This document shows, piece after piece, positions 24,301 to 35,429 of a DNA stretch of 64,000 nucleotides. Under the pieces are notes generated by a model. The model saw nothing but the letters and a program-made list of their open reading frames with translations. It had not been told where the DNA came from and ran no database searches. Position numbers and translations under genes: made by a program. The stretch is from Podarcis melisellensis (taxonomy: Eukaryota). The stretch lies in assembly GCA_964234715.1 (NCBI GenBank), contig OZ174278.1; one strand, written 5' to 3'. The stretch's first letter is position 1; each line of letters opens with the position of its first letter.

Positions 24301-25061
24301 GGTTACACTACCGTCAGATAAACGAGATGTTTAAGCAGGACAGGAAACTGGGTTTTCAGAAAGAGAGGTCAAAGTTAGAAACAGAATTGTTAGAATCCAA
24401 TACTAAAAATCTATGTAAAATGTATAATTTGCTGCTGAAATGGAATACACAGGATGAAACAGTGAAATCAGCTATGATCAAATGGGCACAGGATATTGGT
24501 CATGACATTATGTTTGACGACTGGGAACAGTTATGGACCACCGGTGTTAAATTTACGGCATGTAATGCCCTGAAAGAGAATATAATGAAAATGATCTATA
24601 GGTGGTACATGACCCCAGTCAAACTTGCAAAGATCTACCATCTGCCCAATAACAAATGTTGGAAATGTAATGAGGCTGAAGGTACTTTTTATCACCTTTG
24701 GTGGACTTGCCCAAAGATTAAAGCCTACTGGGAAATGATCTATAACAAAATTAAGAAAGTCCTTAAGTGGACGTTTGTAAAGAAACCGGAGGCTTTTCTC
24801 TTGGGCATGGTCGGCCAATTGGTACCAAAGAAGGATAAGACATTTTTTATGTATGCAACCACAGCAGCAAGAATTCTGTTGGCAAAGTATTGGAAGATGC
24901 AAGAATTACCTACTCTGGAAGAATGGCAATCGAAGGTGATAGAATATATGGGACTGGCAGAGATGACCGGCAGAATCCGTGACCAGAGGAAAGAGACAGT
25001 GGAAGAGGACTGGGGGAAATTTAAAATATATTTAAAAAATTATTGTAAAATTGTGGACTGA
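21327..25061 (+). CDS. L1 ORF2p (AP endonuclease, reverse transcriptase, C-terminal CCHC)
   Basis: 1244 aa uninterrupted. APE: SWNCNGLN, CLQETH, GDFN, RIDQIW, SDHNAV. RT: KSPGPDG, YRPISLLNVDYKI, DAEKAFD, GTRQGCPISP, FADD, KYLGV. CCHC: CWKC-x8-H-x4-C. Confidence 0.97.
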   Translation: MSLQLLSWNCNGLNRPRKRDQVFHILKKEQLDIICLQETHIARIHRKLLINKRLGLEFVSSDKVKKRGVVIYAKEKWEPKMIFKDDEGRYLGVEIQIQGEKILIVGVYAPNEGKAEFFKKLHETLMDFMDLKIIMMGDFNGVVSTNMDKAQRQVISKDGRLPKTFFELTDTMDLIDIWRTRNPLEREGTFFSEAKMTWTRIDQIWISSSLAPRVKKTEICTKTCSDHNAVKMEMKLTTAGTFRWRMNDTLFRDEEIYHKAQKILKDYFEINLRTEVEKRIVWDASKAVMRGFLIQQNSIKRKKQNERKEKILNQIKEGEKKLRSKPKSQEILREIKYHQTQYMELMNQEIEWKIKQMRQRTFESADKCGKLLSWQLKKRQKLNTVTSLEIDGKIINKPNEISNCFQSFFKKLYAQGPTNEQEIEEFVKKYGLPKISEQNKRILNEKITEQEIEGAIQNTKLGKSPGPDGLTAKYYKDLKEWLIQPLKEVCNQILEGKKAPESWKDAFISLIPKTETEKHQVKNYRPISLLNVDYKIFADVLARRFKRVLMEEIHKNQTGFLPGRHMSENVRNIIDILEMLEVDINRKAVLIFVDAEKAFDNISWKFMKKNLHGMGVGQGFENGIGAIYFEQRAKLIVNNVVVDEIPIEKGTRQGCPISPLLFISVLEVLLNMIRRDQLVKGIQVGSKQYKLRAFADDLVLTLQQPEASTKRVLELMEIFGQVAGFKLNKQKTKVLEKNLTKEEKDRFQSETGLEIEKKVKYLGVNLTSKNVNLFKDNYEKCWTEVKKDLDIWSRLKLSLLGRIAVIKMNVLPRMLFLFQTLQILDKMDCFKKWQKDISKFVWQGKKPRIKFKILTDAKDRGGFALPDLRLYYESAAFCWLKQWLLLEDTDILDLEGYDNSFGWHAYLWYDKVKIYKSFKNHIVRKALYNVWNRYKDLLESKTPRWLSPMEAKAVKKINMDSNWPKYCEILEYDGEKLKLRSFEKLKHKVRDWLHYRQINEMFKQDRKLGFQKERSKLETELLESNTKNLCKMYNLLLKWNTQDETVKSAMIKWAQDIGHDIMFDDWEQLWTTGVKFTACNALKENIMKMIYRWYMTPVKLAKIYHLPNNKCWKCNEAEGTFYHLWWTCPKIKAYWEMIYNKIKKVLKWTFVKKPEAFLLGMVGQLVPKKDKTFFMYATTAARILLAKYWKMQELPTLEEWQSKVIEYMGLAEMTGRIRDQRKETVEEDWGKFKIYLKNYCKIVD

Positions 25062-25090
25062 TAAGATGACAAGGGGTAAGAAACAAAGAA

Positions 25091-26451
25091 TTGGGTGTTC
25101 TTCTCCTCACATTATTTGCAAACACTTGATACCAACATTCTTGGTGTCAAAAATCCATAAAACATTCATTTTATAAATAGCATGAAATATCTCCTGTAGT
25201 GTTTTATTGGTGCACAAGAGCCACAAGAAGTTTCCAAAGCAATGGAAAGGATGGCTCATGGTGTCATGGACTGGCCAGATGCAGAGGACTGATTTGAGCA
25301 TTGAAGCTTTAGGAAAGCATCATCATTTGAGTCCATATTCACCAGCAACTGGGAGCCAGAACACTAGTATTAACCTTTGCTCCCAGAAGCCTGTAAGGTA
25401 CTGTCCGGTTAACTCTGGCCACAGCTTTATTAACAAACTACAACATGAACCCTTATTAAATGATTAACTCCAGCTTTTACAAAAGTTAAGTGGAATGGGA
25501 GGAAATAGCTAAGATACTGCTGGAGGCACATCAATCTTTTGTTAACACGCCCTTTAGGCAGCTTTAGGTAAAACAGGCTCACTTTGTGCCTCAGCTATTG
25601 AGGAACCAGAACCTTGTGAGTGAAGCAATCATTCTCAGGTTTACTCAGGCTTCTCAGAAAATCCTGTAAGAATGTGTATGATATACTTGAAATGCATTAG
25701 GCAAATAAACTGAAGTGCTTCTCTAAATGAAATATTTCCTTTAGCAGCTTTTGAGAATTGGCAGCTGAACTAGTTTAAATTCCTAAAATCCATTCCAGCT
25801 TGCCCACCACAACCGATGGCCTCTGGTTCCCACTTTTGCTTCAAGTACTTGCCGCTATCATTCAAGGAGATACTGGTGCTTCCAATTTTATTATGTTGTG
25901 GTTTTTTGTGGGTTTTTTTAAAAATACCTTTGGCAAAAATTAACAGTGCCACATTTTCTTGCCAGTTTCATTTATTATTATTACTGTTATACCATCTGCA
26001 TACCAAAGAAAGGGATTAGCACATTCCAACCTCGATAGCTTGAAATCTGAAAATAGACACAAAGGAAATACCAGGGTAGTAGATGGAAATGGAGATGGGG
26101 AGAACATGCTGCTTTGGAGGGATATAAATTTGATAATGAGTTTGTGATTCTTTGGTGTCATTTACATGCCATTTGGTTTTCAGGAAGGTACTGGAGTGAG
26201 GGGGCTGTTTTCTTCCAAAGGCTTCACAGAAAAGTGGGGGAAGGGGTTGAGGAGAGATCTGAAGGAAGGCAAGGAGGTGGTCTGGAAAGCAGTTTGACAA
26301 ATAAGGGAGGAAGAATTGTTCTGGGGAGTAGGAGAGCTTTGGATGTCTTGCTGGATGAGCAAAAGCCACTATTAGGGATCTGTTAGGCTAGAAGAGCAGA
26401 GAGATAAGGATTCAGAACAATGAACATGGGCATGAAAGTAGCTTCTACTGA
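25091..26451 (+). repeat. 1,361-bp direct repeat, right copy (abuts the L1 3' end)
   Basis: Copy of 18020-19380. Confidence 0.97.
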
Positions 26452-28029
26452 ACATGGTGGGAGTTGCTTCTGGGGGCTGCTGCTCCAAAGGACCTGTTTA
26501 TTGACCATTCCTTCTGATTTGCTTGCACAAAGTGATTGTTAGACTATGAACAGTCTTTATTAAGCATTTATTCCATTTTGTCGTGAGGTTATACCGCAAT
26601 GGCCATTCATCCTGCATTGATTCTGATTTGCTTGTGTGCTGTTTATATGTCTTCCCATCATTCATTCATTCCACTTTTCAATGTTTTCCCTGTCACTTTC
26701 CTAATTGCATGAACTTGGTTTCTAAGGTGTCAGAGTGCTTTAATCCACTTTAACTGTATAAACCCAAATTTCCCGTGGGTGCTTGAATCATTCAAAGCAC
26801 TGCCTGTCTAGAGGTATACTGAATTAATGCACCCAGGGTTACACAGGAAGTGGTTTGAACAAATGTATTGCTGTCAGTTATGATGAAAATTTAAAACTGC
26901 ATGCCTGAGCTTTTCGCCTTTCTATAAAATCATATATGCCTAAAAGCAAACCTTAGTTGAAAAGGTTTCTCTGTATAGACACATTCTCTTCATGCACCAT
27001 AAGCTGAAATGCCTGGACTCCTCATACTGTAATGTGCCACATTCATTTTTGATATTCATTTTGAATCTCTTCTATCCTAATATAGCTTCCCATTCCTCAT
27101 ACCCTTTTGTTGCAAGGATAATTGACCCTCGTTGACCTTATCAGGATTTAAAAGCTGACAAAAATGCCCCACTGCTCAAAACCTGAGATTTACATATAAA
27201 AATTATATAGTTGTGACTTTTGCTAAGCAAAAAATTGCTCAATGAGTGAACAAAAGCTATGAAGATAGATTTCACTTAAGTAATTGGCTCTCTTTCTATT
27301 ACTTCTGGCCCATTAAATTTGTCAGTAAAATACATGAGCACGTAAGGTCAATGATCAAAGAATGTTTACAGGTGTAATCAGTTTAAAATGAGATAATTAG
27401 GCACATTATCACAGTTAAGTGAATTGCAGAAATTAGAAATGGGAAGTACTGTTAGGTCACTTTGTCAATCTCACAAATGAAGCTGGTTTGTTTTCTAGAT
27501 TGGCAAACAGGAGTGTTTTTTTTAAAAAAATACACTATTCTAGACGGGAAATATTGAGAATAGCATTACTCAAAGGTTTTAAGGATGAAAGGTATCCAGA
27601 TTTTTAAGGATGAAAGTAACCAGCAATTCTTGCAGAAGCTTACTTGGTTCTACTGGATATGTCACTAAAACGATAGTATGAATAAAGTATTCAATGAAAT
27701 GTCATTGAGGATTGTGCCTAAATATGTTGAAATTAATATAGCAATGGTGGAAAGCCGAGCTGGTCTATGGAAAATACATGTTGTTCTTCCCTGTGGACCA
27801 TTTTAAACATCATCTATATTTTCTTGTTGCCTTTTTGCTATGTCATCATAACCACTATGCCTGATCCTGAAGGGACTTGCACTGTACATATCTAAGGCAG
27901 TCTTAGGGATGTTTCTGATACTGTTGAGACGTATGACCACATGAAATTTATGAATAAAGGTCTAACAATGTAAGAAATGCTTGAATAAATAAATAGCACA
28001 ATAAATGGTTAAAAATAATGTCTCAAACC

Positions 28030-28826
28030 CTCAGTGAGTTAGGGACTTCCCCTACATGCAAAGATGGGCTCACGTGGATTGAGTAGATAAGACCAACAGT
28101 GGGTCCAATGGTGAAAAAGGCGGTTTCTGCATGTGCTGTAGAGGGAAATGAGGGGCAGATGGGTCAAGCTGGAAGGGTAGCCCATCTAGGAGGTCTAAAG
28201 CTCCCCAGCCTTGCGCTTATACTCATTTGTGAGAAAGGCTTCAGGAATAAACCCCAAGGAAAATTCCTACCCGCTGCCTTGCAGGACATCTTTGGGGAAA
28301 GAAAAGGATAAAGAGTAAACACTACACAAATCCAGAGTGGAGTCCCTAAGATGGTTGGATAGCATCTTCTATGTCTCCTTCCAGCAACTCCTACAACCAA
28401 GCTGCTGCCAAATGTATTGCTTTCCTTTCCTTGGACCCAGTGGCAGAGGAAGGGGGGCGGTGGGGGCGGTTCGCCCTGGGTCTCACCACTGAGGGGGGTG
28501 ACAAAATACTGGGCAGCACTCACTGTGGGGCCTGCAGTGCGCCTGAGCCACACATGTCTCCTGGAAGTGATGTGGTGGCTCGGGCGCCCACAGGCTTCAC
28601 TCTGCCCAAACGATCCACCCACTGCCTCCCCCCCCCAGCTGTAGGGTGGCTGAGTGGGAGGAGGCAGGCAGACTCTGGAGGCCCCACGGTGCACCCCACC
28701 CCGCCCCTGGGCATGCCACCCCAGGTGCCTGAGCGGCTTCCTCCACCACTGCTTGGACCACATTAGTGAGACCAAGAGTGGGATCTTGTCAAATGGGCAG
28801 CCCAGGACCTTCATATACACTGCCCA
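28030..28826 (+). mobile_element. Old LINE 5' region, probably RTE-clade, interrupted by a hAT element
   Basis: Resembles a recurrent squamate repeat (ggaagggcagcccatctaggag..gtggagtccctaagac..gggcagcccaggacctccatacacactgccc). It reads continuously across the insertion at 28438-28751. Family assigned from memory only. Confidence 0.4.
28438..28751. mobile_element. GC-rich non-autonomous hAT element
   Basis: TIR CAGTGGCAGAGGAAG / CTTCCTCCACCACTG. Perfect 8-bp TSD cttggacc at 28430-28437 and 28752-28759. Homologue at 49739. Confidence 0.9.
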
Positions 28827-31800
28827 CTTCTAATGCAGCAAAAATGATGAGAGAGGCAGCTGTTACAAGCTACTGGTTACTGCAGCCACAGTAGGTGCTG
28901 TGATTCTCCAGCGGTTTGACTCTGCCCTCAGAGGCTCATTCTTTGTCTATTGAGACAACTACCTACTTGTCTATTGAGCCAGACAGATGCCAACAATACA
29001 TGTATACTCAAAAATAAGTCCCATTGAATTAAAATGGGCTTACTGCCAAATAAATGGATATAGGATTACAGTCTATGCAACCTGGGAGCAAGTCCTTTTG
29101 ATGTCTATGGGGTCAACTCAGAACATAATGTATAAGATTGCACTGTTGGCATTTTATTATGAGGTTGACATTAGTTATATACATACAAAATAATTGTAAT
29201 GAATCCAATTACGTATCCTTGCAATTATTTCACTATTCCCCTTCATCTAAGAATCAATATAAGCAGTGAGATGCTACATTATATCAGACTTCCCAATCCT
29301 TGGCTAAATTATCTATTGCTTTAAGGTAGACTTTCTTTCTCTCCCCCCCCCCCAGTACCTGTATAGTTTGCAGTGAAGCTATAACAGACATTCCAACATT
29401 ATTAAAGAAAAATCTTTCCCATTCTACTCATACCTAAGTTTAAGTCAAGACTCAGCTCTCCATATAATAGACCTCTTTAAGAGAGTAGAACTGTTGGTCG
29501 ATAATGGGATATGGTATTAGAAGTTCAGATCTGAACATGAATGGGAACAGAGCTGAAGTCATTATTAGCTGAAAGTAGCTTGGGTAGACTCTGTGAAAAT
29601 GAGTTGATCACTCCCAATCAGAAAGAGGAGAGACAAATGAGAAGTCAAGCACCTCCCAAACTGGCAGATGTTAGGGAGCTATTTTGCCCTTGCACCAACA
29701 GGCTTCTATTCCATTTTTTTTTCTTTCAAGAAGATGAGGAGTCCAAGAGCACTCTGTTCTTTTTTCCCCTATAAACATTTCTTCCTTGAAAGATAAGAAA
29801 TGTATTTGCACATGAAACTGGAATCTTCTGCTTTTTCCAATGTTTTTAAATGGAAGAGGTCTCTCTAAGCACTGTCAATCTGCCATTTCTCATGAGAGTC
29901 CTTTGCACTCCTTTCCCCCCTGCTCACCTCCCCCTCAAGTCTGTTCCCCCTGCTGAATTAAATCAACTTCTACTGGAGCCTGGAGTATTTGGAAGGCTTT
30001 TAACAACAGACTCTGCAGGGAGAGAAATGCCGTAGATCAGCCTTGAAGGTTGAAACAGAGGATTTCAGCACACTTATCCACTCTAATCATAGTTATCTTG
30101 ATCATGCAGTTTATATCCCCAGTGGCCAGCCAGAGCTGTGCAAGTTGGGACCATGCCTAGAAGGTAGGCACACTGCCTCTTAAGTATTTCTCTGCAGCTG
30201 TAGTTCACACTGTCATGTTTTGTTTAAGCAAAAGGACTACAAGTTCATTTCTGGTATAACCGTTTGTGAAAAGAACACAAAAAACCGCCCACCTTCACCT
30301 GCAGCCTTTGCATTCACCTCTGCAGCACAGATGTCACAGTCTTTGTGTCTGAAGGATGTGGACATATTCCAAGCTAAATCCACCTGTGCCTTACATTGAA
30401 CTTAGGAGTTATGATATGTACATGAGCACAATGCAGACTTTTTGAAGAAAGGCAAGGTAAGTGATGATAAGGAAGGCTCATGCCTTCCGCTGACATGCAT
30501 TGGGTGACAACATTGTTCCTTTGATACAGAAGTATTTCTATGCTGTCGCATCATAGGCTATCATGGTGGTGTACAATAAACCATGAAACACCATTTAAAA
30601 GAATACAATAGTAATTAATGTGACTGGTTAATCAATTTAAACAGCTTACAAAGACCTACCTGCATAAAAAGCACAAAGATGCCTGGAAGTCAAAGGATTA
30701 CGACTGAATGTCTGCAGGCCAAATTCCACTAAATGTTTGGCTTTGAGTGAAGGTGTCAGGCCTCTGCAACATGGGGGCCAACTAACAGCACCTCTGTGGA
30801 TCAGCTAAGTGATCAAATTGGGATATAAGGGCTGAGTTGTTCCTGAAGGTATCCTGGATCCAAGTTGCTCAGGGCTTTGTATGTCAACACAGGAAATGTG
30901 AACCTGTCCCCATAGCATTTAAAAACTGTTTTTAGGGCCGAAAGGCCCCAAATTTGTGAACAGTATTAATACATATTATAGAAGAAATATATGATAAAAA
31001 TGCAATACATATACTAGTGCAATCAAAACACACTCTCATTTTTTTTAAAAAAAACAATAATAAGCAAATTCACTCAAAGATACTAGTTACATAATAGCAT
31101 CTAGTTACCAACATGTGCAGCACACACAGGGTGGCAGAAATCTGCAGTCCTCACTGCCTTCTATGCAAAAGCAAGGAAATATTTACTGGTATCTTTCTTA
31201 TCACATGGCATGTTACATGCTGGACTCTTCCAATACATCCGGCACACTCTTCATGTATTCTAAAGTGCAGATTTTTGCAACACTAAGGCATGCACAGAGG
31301 CTACTGCCTCTAACTGCCATCTCCAGGCCTAAACATCTGTGTGGATCAAGAAAAAATGGCAGCAGGCTGAGGAATCAATAGCATAAATGCTGATGCTCTA
31401 CACAGTTTTGGCCCACTCCCAGTTATTGTTTTGGCTGCCCATCCTAAATACTTGTAGGGAACTGGAAGAGATGGTATCAGGCCCGATTAGTAGGCAGACC
31501 AATAACAGGTAAGCACACTTCTTTACAGAATTCCCCCCCACCCCACATCCCTGCTGTAAAACTAGATCATGGTCCTTAATTGAAGTTTAAAAATTCCAGT
31601 CATTATGTAATAACAGCCAATTCTAGTGACTGAATTTGAAGGCTTCATAACATATGAGGCAAGACACTGGCTACTTTTGCCTCATCTGTTTTTTCCCTTC
31701 TTGCTTCGGAAATAAAATCTTTTTCCCCCTCTGCCTGTACTTTGAACAACACAAAGTATTGCTAAATGATATTGACAATCATAAATAGGGAACAAAATTA

Positions 31801-34800
31801 CAATAAAAATGTATCTGACTGCCCCACATTACAGAACTGAGGGTCAGATAGATACAAGATACTCTTACAAATCTAGTCATGTTCAAACAACTTTGCTATT
31901 CTAAGATACGGAGATATTACACACTCTACTTGGTAATAAGCCTGCTATTTTAAACCTATACATTTTAGCTGGATGGAAAAAAAGATAGTCCTTCCAGCAT
32001 TACAATTTCCTAAGTAATGGATTGGGGGGGGGGGGAGAGAGAAAAAATCTTATTCTAAGTCCCTAAATAGCTTTGTGTTGTATGTAAAGTGGTCTTTTTT
32101 GCACTTGCAACTGGTATGAAAGGGGAAATGAGTTTTCATGGTAATGAAGGAGCAAAATTAGGCTCTAATGTTCAGAGGAGGTAAGTACCAGGGATAAATG
32201 TGTGGGATAATGCACTGATGCCTTGAATTGCCAAATCCAATGCATGTCCAATGATGGTGGTGGTGACTATAGGTGGTCCTTCTCTGAACAAGCTGTCCCT
32301 TCATGGTTGTAACCCCTGAAGGAGGTCACTCTAACAATTAGGATTGGTAACCCATCAAGTGTCCTTTAACCACGCAGTGAATTGAACCTGCTCGCCTCAC
32401 CTTGGGCTCAAGTAAGTATATTCCTCTTGTCCACGTGCCATTTCACCTATTCTGCAGCATCTTTCTTGCTGGATTCATGGTTGCATAGATCCTTTAGCAG
32501 AGTCAAGTGAAGGGATGTACATTGATGATGATTTTTGGTACAGGGAGAGACAGAAGAAGAGAGACTCCCTTAGAGTACAAACTGAGGAATTTCTACTACC
32601 AAAAAGATGGACAACACTGGTCTTGAGCCCCTAACTGGTAGAGGTCCTTAGTCCTAGCTAGGCCTCAACAAAATCAAGAGCTGTGTTTGGGCTTTCTGGG
32701 GCTGGGCTGAATACAAGCTTCTTCAGCATTTCTATTCACAATGGGGCTTGAATGAGTCGGTGTTGTGTTCTGTCCTCATAACAAGGTAAACTTCCTCATA
32801 TGGAGGAGCTCTGCAAGGCAGAATCAGTTCCCTTTTCTGCCTAGGAAAGATAAAACATTGCCTGTGTTAGGCTCATCTGGTTTAACTTCCCTTCAGAGAT
32901 CTTAACCTTATTAATTAATTTGGAGCCTGGTCACACTCCACTTGCTTTCTTCTGTTTTTCTTCATGAGCATAGGGTGCATATTTTGGAATTCTGTGCTTA
33001 AATAATATTATCATCTGGATATTGCCTGCCTAAGGTCCTTCTTAATCAAGAATTGCAACATGACTCTTTGTTTTTCTACTTGCTTATTTCCCGGCAGTTT
33101 CCACAACATCTGTTACTTTGCAAGGATAGAGCCAAGCTCCCTGTCATACAGTGATACCAGAGGGTAACCCTCTATCTCATCAGCTGTTAAAATATATTGC
33201 TGCTCAGAAAGAACATGCATAAAGAAAGCCCCTCTTCTAGTCCAAGCAAAGCACAAAAGGCTAGTGAGCATAACTATTGCAGGCAAACAGCACACAGATC
33301 TTAAAACATATTGATGCCACATGCTGGTATTTTATTTAAAGGCTCGTTCAGAAAGAGTTTTCCAACAGGAACAGGAGAAATGCAGAGTGTTCCAGATACT
33401 GGAACCTATCAAGGAACCTATTTCCCAGTATTGACTGTCTTTTGCATGTGGTTGATAATAAATGGAATAGCTACATCAGTCTTTCTCAACTGTGCTGACT
33501 GGGGCCCTTGGGAATCTGTCAATCTGTGTTTCCCATTTTTCCAGTCTTAAGTTTGATTTTCCACAAGAAGGCCTTGTTCACATTCATCAGCATTTCAGTG
33601 CACTCCCCCCCCCCCCGATATAGACTTTTTTGCATGCAAATTCCCCTAATAAGCAGTGCCCAATTTGGAGAAGTACAAATCTGAAAGTATGTGTTTCAGT
33701 CTGTGTACTTTTTCAGAAAGTCCGATTCAGGTAAGCCCACATTTAACTGAAAAGTGAATTGAAGTTCTCCCCCATCCCAAACTGTATTCCAAAACTGTAG
33801 GACACACACTACAGAAGGCTGACCTATGGCATCCCAAGGCCATATTAGTTCTCAGGGGATGGAGAATGAGCAGGAGTGCAAAACAGAGTAAGGGAAAACC
33901 CAAAATGGTTTCTCACTGATGTACTAAGCAAATTAGAACTGCAGTTAGATAGATGATTTGTTATTATTATGGGAAGGGTTAGTATTTGAAGTCCTTACTT
34001 AGAAAACTCAGTTCTATATATAAAAAAGTCAACAGTGATGCAAGCGGAAGGTAAATTTATATTCCTAACCTTAGGTTAAGGAATGGCAAATGATACGTGG
34101 AGAACTTCATAGCTGAAATAGGATTGGAAGGTGCACCTCTATGGCCCAAGTCTACACACATCCCTTTTTAGAAGGTAACATGTTTTATCTCTCCCACTTC
34201 AACATGATCTGCTCTATTTCAGGACCCTCCTGCCCAGTCTGTTAAGTGAAGCCCTTGTAGTCCTGCCTAGACCACCAAATGAAAGCAAGTCCATAGTCTG
34301 CCTTGCTTACTGTCTCTGAAATTGATGTTGCCAACATTCGGTTATTTAGCTAGTAGAGGAAGAGCTGGATGTTTTCCCTTCTTTTGCCATGTCTTGCCAA
34401 TCAGAAGGACATGGGCAAGGAATCAATTACTACCTGCAAGCGCCATACATTTCATACTGTACACCATCCCCATAGAAACGGAGGAGAGACTAAGTTGCAC
34501 TCCAGAGCACATAAATTTCACACAAAAGCCTATGTGCCTGTGACAGGGAACTACAGGAACAGTCATGCCTGCTGAGTTTGTTCATTACATTTGTAATCCA
34601 CCCTTCTACCAAGGCGCTTGGGGCATTGCATAAGACCACCCTCTACGTACTGTATAATCTACTCGGCAGTGCTGAGAGAGCTATTTGGCTAAGTAATTCT
34701 GACTTGCCTGTGGTGAACATCATAGTTGGATGAGGATTGGAAATTGGGTCTCCCTGCCCCAAGTGCCACACTCTATCCTCTGCAACACGAAGGCTCTGAA

Positions 34801-34929
34801 TGGAGTTCAGTTCTATACCTCTGCATTAGAATTTTGCAAACTCATTTATACCATCTCTTCCCATAAGAATCAATTTCAATGCCTAAGTGAATTTGAGACC
34901 TGGGCAGTAGAGTGTTTATGACTCCCTGT

Positions 34930-35076
34930 CAGTGGCGTAGTGTGGGGGGTGCAGGGGGGGCCGGCCGCACTGGGCGCAACATCTGGGGGTTAGGGTTAGG
35001 GGGCACAAATCCATGGGTTAGGGGGCGCAAATTACTTGCCTTGCCCCGGGTGCTGACAACCCACGCTACGCCACTG
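34930..35076. mobile_element. hAT MITE containing GGGTTA hexamers
   Basis: TIR CAGTGGCGTAG(T/C)GTGGG. Perfect 8-bp TSD ctccctgt at 34922-34929 and 35077-35084. Confidence 0.9.
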
Positions 35077-35116
35077 CTCCCTGTCCCTCCAAACCACCAT
35101 CCAAAGACCTCTAGAA

Positions 35117-35275
35117 GGGAAAGGCCGTAGCACAGTGGTAGAATTGCTTTGCATGCAGAAAGTTCCAGGTTCAATGCTTCTCATGTACAGTACAGGTAGA
35201 GTTGGGAATGTCTCCTATCTTGCAGTCCCATAAAGCTGGTCAATATAGACAGTACTGAGTTAAATGGAACAACGT
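35117..35275 (+). mobile_element. Old tRNA-derived SINE
   Basis: Head ggccgtagcacagtggtaga (box A-like) and ccaggttcaat (box B-like). A related decayed copy begins near 41090. Confidence 0.55.
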
Positions 35276-35429
35276 TATGTGTACATGCACACACGTGCAC
35301 ATGAGACACATAACAGCAGGTACTGAAGATTGTATCACATGTTGCTCCCCCCCATCTTATTTCTCCCTTTTCTTCTGCACTGTAATTTGTGAAGAAAGAA
35401 TGGGTTTCAATTTTCCTTCAGGTGCACTA

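Larger units (their letters stand above)
19381..25090 (+). mobile_element. L1 (LINE-1 clade) retrotransposon: 5'-complete, two uninterrupted ORFs, no poly(A) tail
   Basis: Begins GACTTCCGG..TAATGGCGG. ~950-nt 5'UTR, then ORF1, a 5-nt spacer and ORF2 with APE/RT/CCHC. Only 29 nt follow the ORF2 stop before the right repeat begins. Confidence 0.95.

Noticed and set aside
18020-26451. Bona fide LTR retrotransposon or ERV with 1.36-kb LTRs
   Set aside because: The internal proteins are L1-type (APE + non-LTR RT) with no protease, RNase H or integrase motifs. The repeats lack TG..CA ends, a PBS and an outer 4-6 bp TSD.
27577-27623. Short tandem duplication ttttaaggatgaaag(g)ta.ccag
   Set aside because: Ordinary local slippage duplication with no further structure.
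28164-28820. 218-aa and overlapping ORFs (also 49400-50162)
   Set aside because: They arise from GC-rich non-autonomous hAT elements and show no transposase motifs.
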